Source: Octopus vulgaris (Eukaryota). Taken from it: 64,000 bases of DNA. Positions 41,220 to 54,375 of this stretch are shown piece after piece. Made by a program: the position numbers and the translations under genes. A model generated the notes under the pieces. That model made no database searches. It was not told where the DNA came from and saw only the letters and a program-made list of their open reading frames with translations. Location of the stretch: NCBI GenBank assembly GCA_951406725.2, contig OX597837.1, forward strand, positions 10,788,001 to 10,852,000, in the 5' to 3' direction. How positions within the stretch are numbered: position 1 is the stretch's first letter; every line of letters begins with the position of its first letter.

Positions 41220-41462
41220 TACGTCGTCCTGTTTTCCGTCCTTGTTTTGTATACATTCGAGGCTTTCTTCCGAGGAATCTAATGCACTTGGCTTAGATTT
41301 TCCTTTGGGGCTGGCCAGATCGGAGCAATCTCAAGATTAATCAGCCAAAATTGCGAAGATGATCCGGTTCTTGACTGAAGATTGAAGGCTTCGAATGTCC
41401 CGTCCGTGTTTTTTGTATCGTCTTCTAAATGTTTTGCGTTCCTGTCCCAGTTTGTATTTTTT
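41220..41462. repeat. CpG-rich, hairpin-rich element between TA microsatellites (unclassified, probably a dispersed repeat)
   Basis: Compositionally distinct; hairpins GGAATCTAA..TTAGATTTTCC and GGCTGG..TCAGCC; only one copy in the window. Confidence 0.45.
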
Positions 41463-41478
41463 TATATGTATATATATA

Positions 41479-41530
<52 letters not shown>

Positions 41531-41771
41531 CATACATATATTTTTTACGTCTTAGCATAGGTGATTGGACATGTTTTTCTTTTTGGCATTATTTGTCATG
41601 CTGACAGATGTCTCCCTCACTTCTTTCCAGTTTTTTCCTTATTCTCAACATTCAGCAGCCTTGTCTTTCTAGAGTGGCATTGTAGGGTAGGTGTGAGAGG
41701 CCAGGTCTGGCTGGTTCAGGCATAAAACAGGTAGAATATTTGGGCAAGACATAGCCAGTTTAAATTCTAAA

Positions 41772-42050
41772 GCAGTGGTTCCCAAACTTTTGGGGCTGCT
41801 GCCCACTTGGAACCCAGGCCACACTCCTTGTGCTGTCCCCCCCTTCTCCACCACCTCCACTGCAAACACAGACCAGTTTCTGCGGCAAATTCTAAAACAA
41901 ATGCATTTCACGAATAATGCTTAACCGAATTAAGCCATTATTTTGTTTTTACGTAACATCGCCCCCTTTTGGCTACCCCATTTATCACCTCCACTTTTCT
42001 TCAGCCCCTCCTTGGATCTTTCCACAGCCCCCAGCGGGTCAGCACCACAA
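41772..42050. mobile_element. hAT-like MITE remnant inserted in the end of a P2 MITE
   Basis: CAGTGGTTCCCAAACTTTT terminus after TTCTAAAG; residual GGGTTAG near 42055. Confidence 0.55.
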
Positions 42051-44784
42051 AATAGGGTTAGACACAATCACACAGCCTCCTCTTCACTAAGAAAGCTTTT
42101 ATAGTTTTTGCCCTTATTATGGATGGCTATTATTGCTTTCAGAGCATCCACCTCCACTGGTCAGTGTGGTCACCTCAGTTATTGGTTATCAGCTACTTCT
42201 GAACGGTTACTCTTTTACTTGTTTCAGTCGTTTGACTGCGACCATGCTGGAGCACCGCCTTTAGTCGAGCAAATCGACCCCGGGACTTATTCTTTGTAAA
42301 CCCAGTACTTATTCTATCGGTCTCTTTTTGCCGAACCGCCAAGTGATGGGGGCGTAAACACACCAGCATAGGTTGTCAAGCAATGCTAAGGGGACAAACA
42401 CATACACACACACATATATATATACAACAGGCTTCTTTCAGTTTCCGTCTACCAAGTCCACTCACAAGGCATTGGTCGGTCCGGGGCTATAGCAGAAGAC
42501 ACCTTGCCCAAGATGCCACGCAGTGGGACTGAACCTGGAACCATGTGGTTGGTTAGCAAGCTACTTACCACACAGCCACTCCTGCGCTTGATAAATTTAA
42601 TTTCTGGAGTTCTCCCTACTCCTAGCTGCTCTGGAGCTTCTGTTACATGTGAAATCCTTCTACATCAACCTACTTGAGATCCATCCCTCTGAAGCTTCTG
42701 TGTAGCCATTGTATGTATTAGGTGGACACCATTGAGAGGTCATCCTGCTCTCTGTATGTCACCCTGTAGTAGTTCTGTTGTTTGTTTGTTTTTTGGGGGT
42801 TTTTTCTCATTTTTCTAAGACATCTTTCCTAAATCAACCTATGGCCCCCTTCTGAATCCTACACCCTGCTTTCATGCTTGAAACCTATTTTCTAATTTTT
42901 CATTCGCACACAAAGTGCCTGTATATGTCTCTATATACTTATGTGTATATTTGTGCGTGTGTATATGTGTACACATACATACTTATATGTGTGTGTGTGC
43001 AAAATAAAAAGAACAAGTTGAAAATGCGCAAAATTTACATATGTTTGGAATATCTTGTGTATATAGTTACAAGTATGATTGTTGCTTTTTAGCTTAGAGC
43101 TCCATGTAAACGATCATCATCTAGTCTGCTTCCAGTTTAGTTGTGTGGTTACCACTGTACCTAGTCGTATTACTGGTTATGTAGGAGAGATTAGGATACA
43201 GACTTGTGCTTATCGTAAATTCTTATATACCTATTTCTTTAATACCCACAAGGGGCTAAACACAGAGGGGACAAACAAGGACAGACATAGGTATTAAGTC
43301 GATTATATCAACCCCAATGCGTAACTAGTACTTAGTTTATCGAACTCGAAAGGATGAAAGGCAAAGTCGACCTCGGCGGAATTTGAACTCAGAACGAAAT
43401 ATTGCCCGGCGTATACCATCATCATCATCATTTAACATCTGCTTTCCATGCTGGCATGGGTTGGACAGTTTGATCAGAACTGGCAAGGCCAAGAGCCTGG
43501 TTTCCACATGGTTTCTACATCTTGATGCCCTTCCTAATGCCAACCACTTTACCGAGTGTACTGGGTTGTTTTTTTATGTGGCACTATCACCATCAAGATC
43601 ACAAAATACCTTGTAACGCCAAAAAAAAACCCTCGGTTGAGAGTGAGAAGTGGGGATTAGTATTGAGGTGGCAGGTGATTTTGTGCCATTTGAAAGATTA
43701 AAGGTATAGGGAGTGGAGATAGGTGTCTTGTTTTATTTATATATATATATATATGTATGTATGATCGGATATTGATTGATTTTCGTTTGCTTTACTCTCT
43801 GCCTGTGTGATTAAACTTCAAGTATTTTGGGTTCTCTGGAAGACCCTTTTTAAAGTAGAAGAAATGGCTAAGATTTTGGCTGCTATTTCTGAACTTCGGT
43901 ATGCGGTGAAGCAATTCTTTTGCTGAACCCTTTTATTAGTATTAGTATTACTAAAATTTACCGTGTTAGCGGCCCTGTTTTCATACCGAATTCTACTTGG
44001 TAAAATTTATTGATTACTTCTTAATTAATTAATTTTACCCTTTGATATTATATATATGTATGTATATATACACACATACATACACACAATGGGCTTCTTC
44101 AGTTTCCATCTGCCAAATCCACTCACAAGGCTTTGGTTGGCCCAAGACTATAGTAGAAGACACTTGCCCAAGGTGCCAGACAGTGGGACTGAACCCGAAA
44201 CCATGTGGTTGGTAAACAAGCTTCTTATCACACATAAACCAAATTTTACTTTTTAAAATAGGTGTAAATATTTCTCTATATGTGAAAATAAAGATTCAAA
44301 ATTATGTTTTATTGTAAAAAGAAATGTATTTTCACAAGGTGAGTTTTACACAAAGAGAAAGGTGAAATTTTATTGAAAAATTATCAGACACATACAGTTT
44401 GCATTAAACAAAGTTTCCATGTAGAAAAATACATAAAAACAAATGTTTTTTTTTTATAAAAAGAAGTTTTACTGAATAAATTTAAGCACACATAACCAAC
44501 AGATTGTGTGTGTGTGTGTAATTTATACATACACCATAATTGCATATCAATAAATATTAATTGGGTTTTCCTATCCATAGTAACACCGATATTTGATCTA
44601 TGGTAGTTAATTAGTATCATGATTGGCATTTTGGTAGTTGAAGAAAAAAAGTTTTATTTTTTTAATGTTCATGTATTGAAGTAAAACTTTGAACATGTAA
44701 GTTTATTTATACTTTTATTATAAATTTTAATATAAAATTGTTCTCCTCTTTTCTCTGTGTCAAATCTTAAACTTTAAACAGAAA

Positions 44785-45628
44785 TACCCCTAATCCCTTG
44801 AGTATCGTGGGTGTTGCGTTCCAAAACCCCATGCGATATGTAGAAACAGTACTGTATACTCTTTACTCTTTTACTTGTTTCAGTCATTTGACTGCGGCCA
44901 TGCTGGAGCACCGCCTTTTTTAGTCGAGCAAATCGAGCCCAGGACTTATTCTTTTGTAAGCCCAGTACTTATTCTATCGGTCTCTTTTGCCGAACCGCTA
45001 AGTAACGGGGACGTAAACACACCAGCATCGGTTGTCAAGCGATGTTTGGAGGGGGGGGGGACAAACACACACACACATATATATATATATATATTTCTTT
45101 ACTACCCACAAGGGGCTAAATATAGAGGGGACAAACAAGGACAGACAAATGGATTAAGTCGATTACATCGACCCCAGTGCGAAACTGGTACTTTATTTTT
45201 CTACCCCGAAAGGATGAAAGGCAAAGTCTACCTCGGCGGAATTTGAACTCAGAACATAACGTTAGACGAAATACCGCTAAGCATTTCGCCCGGGGCGCTA
45301 ACGTTTCTGCCAGCTCGCCGCCTTATGTATATATATATACGACGAGCTTCTTTCAGTTTCCGTCTACCAAATCCACTCACAAGGCTTTGGTCGGCCCGAG
45401 GCTTTGTAGAAGACACTTGCCCAAGGTGCCACGCAGTGGGACTGAACCCGGAACCGTGCGGTTGGTAAGCAAGCTACTTACCACACAGCCACTCCTGTGC
45501 CTATTTATTTATTTTATATATTTATTTTATTATAAATGCAAAAACAACACTATGCTTAAATAATAAACCCTAAGCTTAAATGATAAACCACGATGGGTGA
45601 ACTGTGATATGGCAAGGGATTACTGTAG
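44785..45628. mobile_element. pogo/Tigger-like MITE split by SINE A, which itself contains SINE N
   Basis: TAATCCCTTG.. left end and ..CAAGGGATTACTG|TA right end flank the SINEs. Confidence 0.6.
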
Positions 45629-46060
45629 AGGATTAAATTTCTGCAACATCATAATTCTCATCTGAAACAACAGCAGTGAAACCTCCGTCAAAATTATGTC
45701 CCACTGCCTTGAGAAACGAAGGCACTTTTGATGATTATTCTTCTATAAGTTTCTAAGATGGTCGCTGCTGGAATAACTGTTTGTTGCTCATAACTCAATC
45801 AGTGCTGATCTGCTGCTAGACGGGACTTGTGAGTAGACGCTGCACGTAGCATGGCATTACGCATTGACCTATATTAGGCTACACAACTTTTAAGAGATTA
45901 CAGTAGCTTCAGTATATAATAGCACTACATATTTAATATAGTTGGCAGATTTGGGTGGGCTTTGTTTGACATCAGATATATAAGTTCTTCTGTTTCAGAT
46001 AAAAAGAAAAATTTTGAAGTGTTTGGGAAGACAGGAAGCCTAACTTTGAGAGCTTTATTA

Positions 46061-46543
46061 TTAACCCTTTTGTTACCATATTTCTGTTGAGGAGATGTTC
46101 TGTGTTTCTTTCAATTAATTTTGAGTAGAGCAGAATTTAGTAAAATAACTTTGTTGTCGTTAAGCTAGTGTTAGGAACATAAATTGTGACTAAGGTTTGG
46201 TGGAAGATTTTAATTCAGAACTTTTGAAAACAAGACATTTCTACTACAGAGCCAGAGCTGGTTTCGGCTGGGTTGGTAACGAAAGGGTTAAGAATCGTTT
46301 CTCTATTATATATTTTAACCCTTTTGTTACCATATTTCTGTTGAGGAGATGTTCTGTGTTTCTTTCAATTAATTTTGAGTATAGCAGAATTTAGTAAAAT
46401 AACTTTGTTGTCATTAAGCTAGTATGAGGAACATAAATTGTGACTGAGGTTTGGTGGGAGATTTTAATTCAGAACTTTTGAAAACGATGTTTATACTACG
46501 GAGCCAGAGGCAGTTTCAGCCGGGTTGGTATCGAAAGGGTTAA
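46061..46543 (-). mobile_element. Second P1 MITE dimer, opposite orientation
   Basis: Two TTAA-flanked units with the same 23-bp spacer (46292-46314). Confidence 0.88.
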
Positions 46544-47142
46544 ACTTCTGAAAAGCATATTTCTCATGAAACTATAGGCGCCATGTGTTTTGAATAATTT
46601 AGAATAATCAACTAATTTCTCCAGTATTCAAATTAGTTGGGAATGACCACCACCACCATCATCATCATCATAATGTTCACTTTTCCATGATTGCATGGGT
46701 CAGACAGAGCAGGTTGAAACAGATTTTCTGTGACTAGATGTCCTTCCTGTTGCCAGTTCTCACCTGTTTCCAAGCAAGATAAACCTGAAAGACTGGAAAC
46801 AAAAAAAAACAAAACATTGCTTGTATGATGGTAATGCTCATTTACAAATGTCCCTAACATCAAGACAAAGCTGCACAGAAATGCACACATGCATATATAT
46901 ATATCATAATCATCATCATTGTTTAACGTCCATTTTCCACGCTAGCATGGGTTGGACGGTTCGACCGGGGTCTGGGAAGCCAGGGGCTGCACCAGGCTCC
47001 AGTCTGATTTGGCATGGTTTCTACAGCTGGATGCCCTTCCTAACGCCAACCACTCCGCGAGTGTAGTGGGTGCTTTTTACGTGCCAGTGGGGTCTGGCAT
47101 CGGCCACGATCGGTTGGTGCTTTTAACGTGCCACTGGCACGG

Positions 47143-47185
<43 letters not shown>

Positions 47186-47421
47186 ACAAGCGCCTTTCAG
47201 TTTCTGTCTACCAAATCCTCTCCCAGTGAGGCTTTGGTCAGCTCTTGGTCAAGGTGCTATGCAGTGCTAGTGAACCCGAAACCATATGGTCAGGAAACAG
47301 ACTTCTCAACCATACAGCCACGACTGCACCTATAACGTATTTTAAAACACATCTTACATGAAATTTAGTTTGAGATATTTTAAAACAATCGGCTTTGGAC
47401 AAGAGAACCAGCAGCAGTTTC

Positions 47422-47833
47422 GGATCTTTTCAGCTTGAACGGCAGTTTTTTCTAGCGGTGTCATATGAAATTGTCACCCATAATTATGACCCTAGTATCG
47501 ATCTATTGCATTTCAATCTGTTTTAGGGTTAGGGGTGGGGAAGGGTATCTTTTTTTTTCTTCACAAAAGTAAATAAACCCAATTTGTTTCTTAAACGAGG
47601 GACATATTCATACGGCACAGTATGTTTTTGTTACCTCAATAGACGTCAGTGATTGGTTGAAATTGCAGTAATTGAAGAAAAAAAACAACAAATATCTTAC
47701 AAACCATAGAATTTTCTCAATAAAGCCAAGAGAAAAAGATGTTTTATAAACACATTCTACCAGTATACGAAGTGTAAAATTTTTTAGTTACCTAGAAATT
47801 ATGTTGAAAACTGCCATTCAAACCGAAAAGATC
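47422..47833. mobile_element. TIR element with 9-bp TSD (MULE-like MITE)
   Basis: TIRs GATCTTTTCAGCTTGAACGGCAGTTTT / AAAACTGCCATTCAAACCGAAAAGATC; TSD AGCAG(T/A)TTC; internal TTAGGGTTAGGG. Confidence 0.75.
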
Positions 47834-48352
47834 AGCAGATTCTGCTCTCTAGCAAGTTGGTATCAAAAGCGCCATAAAACTGGTTTCTATTTAGTATATA
47901 AATCATTATACCGACGTCTAATGTCTACATCACCATTGATTATACACTATATACTTTGGTGTTTGTCAATGTTACAGCTCTTTGTATCATATCGTCCACT
48001 CTACCTGCACTGACATCAACCAGTTATATATTACATACTTTAGAAACCAAACTATGTAATATGGGTCTTTTTGTTTTCCATTTTCTATGGATTCTCTTGA
48101 TTTCAACAATGAACTTTTAAATTCTGTGAACTAGAATCAAACACCAACAAAGCATTTTACTCAGTGCCCTGCTCTATTGATTCTACTAATTTACCCTTTT
48201 TTTTTAGTATTGTTTTGTAATTATTATTATTCACTTATTTACAGTCACTTGCAATCCTCTCCATCTTCCTTGATTTTTCTGCTTAAATGTTTGGCGCTAA
48301 TGAAGCTCAGGTGTGTTTGTGTGAGGCTGGAATTTGAAAAATAATTAACATA

Positions 48353-48514
48353 GGCGTAGGAGTGGCTGTGTGGTAAGTAGCTTGCTTACTAACCACATGG
48401 TTCTGGGTTCATTCCCACTGTGTGGCACCTTTGGCAAGTGTCTTCTACCATAGCCTCGGGCCAACCAAAGCCTTGTGAGTGGATTTGGCAGACGGAAACT
48501 GAAAGAAGGCCGTC

Positions 48515-48586
<72 letters not shown>

Positions 48587-48799
48587 GTGAATGTGCGTGT
48601 TTGTGTTTGTCCCCCCCAACATCGTTTGACAACCGATGGTGGTGTGTTTACGTCAGCGTTACTTAGCAGTTTGGCAAAAGAGACCGATAGAATAAGTACT
48701 AGGCTTGCAAAGAATAAGTCCTGGGGGTCGATTTGCTCGACTAAAGGCGGTGCTCCAGCATGGCCACAGTCAAATGACTGAAACGAGTAAAAGAGTAAA
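48353..48799 (+). mobile_element. SINE family A, full length, plus strand
   Basis: Head to tail match with other copies. Confidence 0.9.
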
Positions 48800-49420
48800 T
48801 CGGCGTTTTTTTTGGGTTTTTTTGCAATTCTCTCCTGGGTTGGCTAGGTTTACATTATTGCTTCTTTCCAATTGTTGTTGTGTTTAACCTTCATCCCGTC
48901 TCGTACTCTGCAATTCTGAGAGATAACATACTTTCTTGGTTCTTCTCTGACACTTGAACTTTCGGTTATTTTTTACATGTTTCAGATTCCGTTGAACAAA
49001 TCAATCCCAATGCTCACATTTTTTGGTTTTTCTTCAGTTTGATACTTATTTTATCAGTTTCTTTTTGCCAAACTGTTAAGTTACATCATCATCGTTTAAC
49101 GTCCGTTTTCCATGCTAGCATGGGTTGGATGGTTTGACCGGGGATCTGGGAAGCCAGATGGCTGCACCAGGCTCCAGTCTGATCTGGCAGTGTTTCTACA
49201 GCTGGATGCCCTTTCTAACGCCAACCACTCCATGGGTGTAGTGGGTGCTTTTTACGTGCGACCTGCACAGGTGCCAGGCGAGGCTGGCAACAGCCACGAT
49301 CGGATTGGTGCTTTTTACGTGCCACCGGCACGGAAGCCAGTCAAGTCGGCACTGGCATCGGCCACGATTCGGATGGTGGAATGACTAATATATATATGTG
49401 GGCCATTGCGCCTCCACACA

Positions 49421-49476
<56 letters not shown>

Positions 49477-51628
49477 AACACACATGATGGACTTCTACAC
49501 AGTTTCTGACTGGACTTGAAACATCAATTATGGAGAAAAAAAATTATGCCACCCCCCCCCCCCTTAAATACTTGCTATTTGGTTAGGGAGACTGGCATAG
49601 ATTTTGTGTGCTCCGATAAGACATGAATAGCTATAGCACCAACAGACAGTGTAGAAGTAGTATTTTTCTGTTTAAAATAGTTGAGCAAGTTATATAACAA
49701 AAGAAGAAATGGCATTTAAAGCCGGCTAATTTCCTTTTTTTTCAAACAGTTCTTGACGCTGGAGTCAGACAATTAGTGATTTTAAATGCAGGCATAAAAC
49801 TGCCGTAAATCTGGTAATAGAAAATTTATTGATTCAAATTATGGTAAATTTCTACAGCAGTAGTCTTTGAAGAAGAAGAAATGTTCCGTTTTTCTTTTGA
49901 TACCGACACTCAGCAGCTGGATTGTTTGTGTATGGAAAAAAATAAAAAGAAAGAAAATAATTAAATTAATAAATCAAATAAAAAGAAAGATTGCATGCTG
50001 AACTTAAATTAAAAGTCAGCAGTGTGTGTGTGTGTGTGTGGTTTTAATTACTGTGTTTGATGGCACAAAAGACGTTCAGGCAACATTAGTTGCACCATAA
50101 TTTCAGCGGAGCGCATATTCGAGAGGAGAAAAAAGTTTCCAGTGCATTAAAGCATATAATATAGGACTAAAACGTATAATATAGAACAGGGTGTGGGGCG
50201 GGGTTTTTAGATTAAAAAAATTTTTTTTTTAGTGAAGGGGAATAGTGCCTTATTTACACTAGTAAATACATTGAGTAAAACAAAAAGAACCAAAATTAAA
50301 ATTTTTTTTTTTTTTTTTTAGATTAAATATTGTGTTTTTTATAATTTTTTTTCTCTGCTTTTATGGGATAGAAAGGGAGTTTCTAAATTATTCTGTTCTC
50401 ATGGCACAGATTTCCTTAAAATTCTCTGAGAAATATTTATGATAATTGATTTTACCGCAGTATATAGTTCACGTCACTGCATAGAATATTTCTTCTTTGG
50501 GGTATGACTATTTACAAGAACAGGTTTTGTATTTTTTAATAACGATGATAATAATAATAATTTTTCCTGATTTAGGTACATGGTCAGCAATTCTGAAAGC
50601 AGGGTTTTTAGTCAATAACATTAACCCCCAGTATTTGACCGCTACTTGATTTTATTCAGATTTCCTTATTGCATTGCAAACTTGGTAAATTGAAATTCCA
50701 CTATATTACACACACACACAATCACCATCATCATTTAATGTCCATGCTAGGGGTTGAACGGTTTGACAGGAGCTAGCAAGCCGGAGGGCTGCACCAGGTT
50801 CTGCTTGTCAGTTTTGCCATGGTTTCTACCACTGGATGCCCTTCTTAACACCAACCATTTCACAAAGTGTACTGAGTAATTTCTATGTTGGGTGCATTTT
50901 ACGTTGTGCTGTCCAGGGGCTTTCTACATGGCCCCCGGCATGAGTGCCTTTTACGTGGCCCCAACAGAGGTGCTTTTCACAGTTTCCTGTGAAGGCATAT
51001 CTGCCCATGGGGAAACATTACCTTAGTTGGAAGCAGGTGAGAGTTCACAACAGGAAGGCCATCCCAGCCATAGAAAATTTACCTTAGCAAATTTCATCTG
51101 ACCCATACAGGCATGAGAAGTGAACATTAAATTGATAATGATCATGATGTATTCCAGCTATGACCACCTACACTTCTCTCTGTTATGTATTGATCGTCGA
51201 GGACTCGTTGTTTGTACACGTCAAAGATTTAGCTGTTGTGTCTGTGAGGTCAAACAGTCACGAAGAGGTTCTCTTACTGGTTTGTCTCCTCCTAAATTGA
51301 TGTTGGTGGCTCCAGTAACATCTGTCATTATCATTTTTAACGCGAGATTTACTACTGGCTTGAATAACATTTCAATAATTACTTTGCGCCGAGTTAGGTA
51401 ATTAGACAGCTGCCGATTAATTGCCTACAACTGTCTGTCGGCTGGTTTTTGTGACAGTAGAAATCACATTAGTTTGTCGTTTGAAAGAAGGCTCTGGCTG
51501 ACTGTGAGTATACACTGACATCTATGGTTTAATTATTATAACATTGGAACAGTAGTGACTGGTTCAGCTCTGAATTTCTCTTATTTTCATCTACATGAAG
51601 GATAATACTGAAGTGTGTGTGTGTGTAG

Positions 51629-51829
51629 CAGTGGTTTTCAACCAGGGTTCCGCCAGTACAGTCCAGGGGTTCCGCTAGAAGTGACAAAACTGCTAAAATC
51701 AGCAGTAATTTTTAAGTCTCCTGTGCAGATATGTGTGCATAAGACTATTAAATTATTGCACAGGGGTTCCTCGAGCCAGTGGAATGTTTCCTTGGGGTTC
51801 CACTCCAGCAAAAAGTTTGAAAAGCACTG
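51629..51829. mobile_element. hAT MITE
   Basis: CAGTGGTTTTCAA / TTGAAAAGCACTG TIRs; perfect 8-bp TSD GTGTGTAG. Confidence 0.88.
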
Positions 51830-51862
51830 GTGTGTAGTATAGGACCATCAGTAAGTCGTCAT

Positions 51863-51923
51863 AATAGAACTCAGAGTTTCAAATGCCGGAGCTGAAAGCT
51901 TCGAGGCATTTTCATCGGCTGTT
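51863..51923 (-). ncRNA. Hammerhead ribozyme motif with extended stem II
   Basis: Minus strand AACAG-CCGAUGA-AAAUGCC-(17 nt with inner hairpin)-GGCAUUU-GAAA-CUCUGAGUU-CUAUU; U4C core variant, GUU triplet, one stem I mismatch. Confidence 0.6.
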
Positions 51924-54178
51924 TGGACTATAGACGCTATGGAAAAAAAAAAATGTTGAATAAAAGGGAAGTTACTCTAATAGGCATGAAAGAAATATAA
52001 AATATAAAAAATTAACCTGCTGTACACAGACCACTTAAGCTTTATATATATAGATATGTGTGTCTGTATGTATATATTATGTATACATGCATGTGTATGT
52101 CTTCTTATGTATGTATGTGTGTGTGTGTGTCTATATCTATGACATGTAGACATGTAAATGTGTATATATATGTTGGTTTTTGGGCGATCTTAATGGTGAA
52201 TCCTCGAAATATTTTGTCGATCTTTCATACATATACAGACGTACTTGGATATGTGTGTATGTATGTAAAACCTATAGCACCATGAAGGCGGCGAGCTGGC
52301 AGAAACGTTAGCATGCCGGGCGAAATGCTTAATGGTATTTCATCTGCCGTTACGTTCTGGGTTCAAATTCAGCCGAGGTCGACTTTGCCTTTCATCCTTC
52401 CGAGGTTGATAAATTAAGTACCAGTTACGCACTGGGGTTCGATGTAATCGACTAATCCGTTTGTTTGTCCTTGTTTGTCCCCTCTGTGTTTAGCCCCCTT
52501 GTGGGTAGTAAAGAAATAGGTATTTCGTCTGCCGCTACGTTCTGAGGTCAAATTCCGCCGAGGTCGACTTTGCCTTTCATCCTTCCAAGGTTGATAAATT
52601 AAGTACCAGTTACGCACTGGGGTCGATATAATTGACTAAATCCGTTTGTCTGTCCTTGTTTGTCACCTCTGTGTTTAGCCCCCTTGTGGGTAGTAAAGAA
52701 ATATATATATATATATATATATATAACCTATAGCACCATGTGCACTTGTGACAAGTCATGCAACGTGGTGGGGAATATGGGACGACTCCTAAAGATCAGA
52801 AGCTAAAAGCTCAGAGCGGATGTGAAACAAAGTCAGGAATGACAGACATGTGTGGGATTTAAAAATAGAAAAACCTTGTGCTACTAGGAGATAAAATTTC
52901 CATTATGTTCCTGGCAGAGGAGTACAATGGAGGCTACCGAACAAAAGCAAAATACAATGTAATGTAGATTTGTGTGTGTGTGTGTGATCAGGTAAAGTTT
53001 AAATCAGTAGGGGTCTGACACTAATTCAAATGTGTTTTAAATATGTTTTGATATCAACCGTCTGGGACTTCGTGTACTAAACTGGTATGTGTTGAAAGTA
53101 AATTTTATATATATATATATATAATTCTTTCAGTCATTTTACTGTGGCCATGCTGGAGCACTGCATGGCACCTTGGGCAAGTGTTTTGTATTATAGCCCT
53201 GGGCCAGCTAAAACCTTGTGAGTGGATTTGGTTGATGGAAACTGAAAAAAATTCATCATATATGAGTTTTTTCCCACCACTTGACAACCAGTGTTGGTTT
53301 GTTTACGTCCCTGTAACTCAGTGGTTGATAACACAGGCTAGTAGAATAAATGCCAGGTTTTGAAAAAATAAACATCGGGGTCCTCTTTGTAAAACTGGAT
53401 GGGCATGGCTTAGTTGAAAGATTGTTGGACTCGCAGTCGTAAGATTGTGGTTTCCATTCCTGGACCAGGCAGTGTGTTGTGTTCTTGAGCCAAGCACTTT
53501 ATTTCACATTGCTCCAGTCCATTCTGCTATAGAAATGTGTTTAGCCTGGAGGGGGATGGCCTCTGCTGGGCTTTCTTGCCCTAGATATACTGCATGACTG
53601 CAGCGTCCCCAACGACCCCTCAAGGGGTTACGGGACTTGTCGATTGTTCAACTGAAAACCTTTCTGGGCAGTGCTCCAGTATGGCTGCAGTCCAATGACT
53701 GAAACAAATAAAAGATGAGATATACCATTGGCATTTGTGTGTGTGCTGTACTACTAACTGTTAGAACCATCACCATCTGGAGTTTGTATGTGTGTGTGTG
53801 TGAATATTTATTTCACTAACTAATGAGGTTTGTATTTGAGTGTATTGTTGCTACATTGTGTGTGTGAGTTGCTGTTATTTTTTAAATATAAGGTCACTGA
53901 CTGTATAGCCTGAACTAGTAAATATCAAAACACAAGCATCTGAAAGAGATTGTATTGCTATGTTTAATGTACAGATGTGTGAAATTATTCCTCCACATAC
54001 ACAGGCTGTGTTTCACTGCATAATTACTATTATAACACTGCCAGAATAAAATTGTATTGTCACTGTGTAACTGGGGGTAGGTATTTCCATTGTTTACGGG
54101 TTTTATTGGAGCTGATTTTTATTTTCATACGCTCATAGTTTGCCCCTCCACACACAGATATATGCATACATACATCCA

Positions 54179-54375
54179 TATGAGGGGGCACTGAAAAGTT
54201 CCTGACTTTAAGGGTATCGTAAAAGGCCTGGTCTGAGGCCTAACCTTCTGAGTTCTTTTACAGGGCTTAGAAAATCTGAAGGACCGCTGCAATAAGTGTG
54301 TGAATCTGGGAGGGGAATAAGTTGAATAAAATCCTAATTAACTGATCCTCCTGTATTTTCTTTTACCCAAAGCCT
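54179..54375 (+). mobile_element. Internally deleted mariner element
   Basis: TA|TGAGGGGGCACTGAAAAGTTCC terminus; QGLENLKDRCNKCVNLGGE*VE* matches the mariner transposase C-terminus. Confidence 0.75.
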
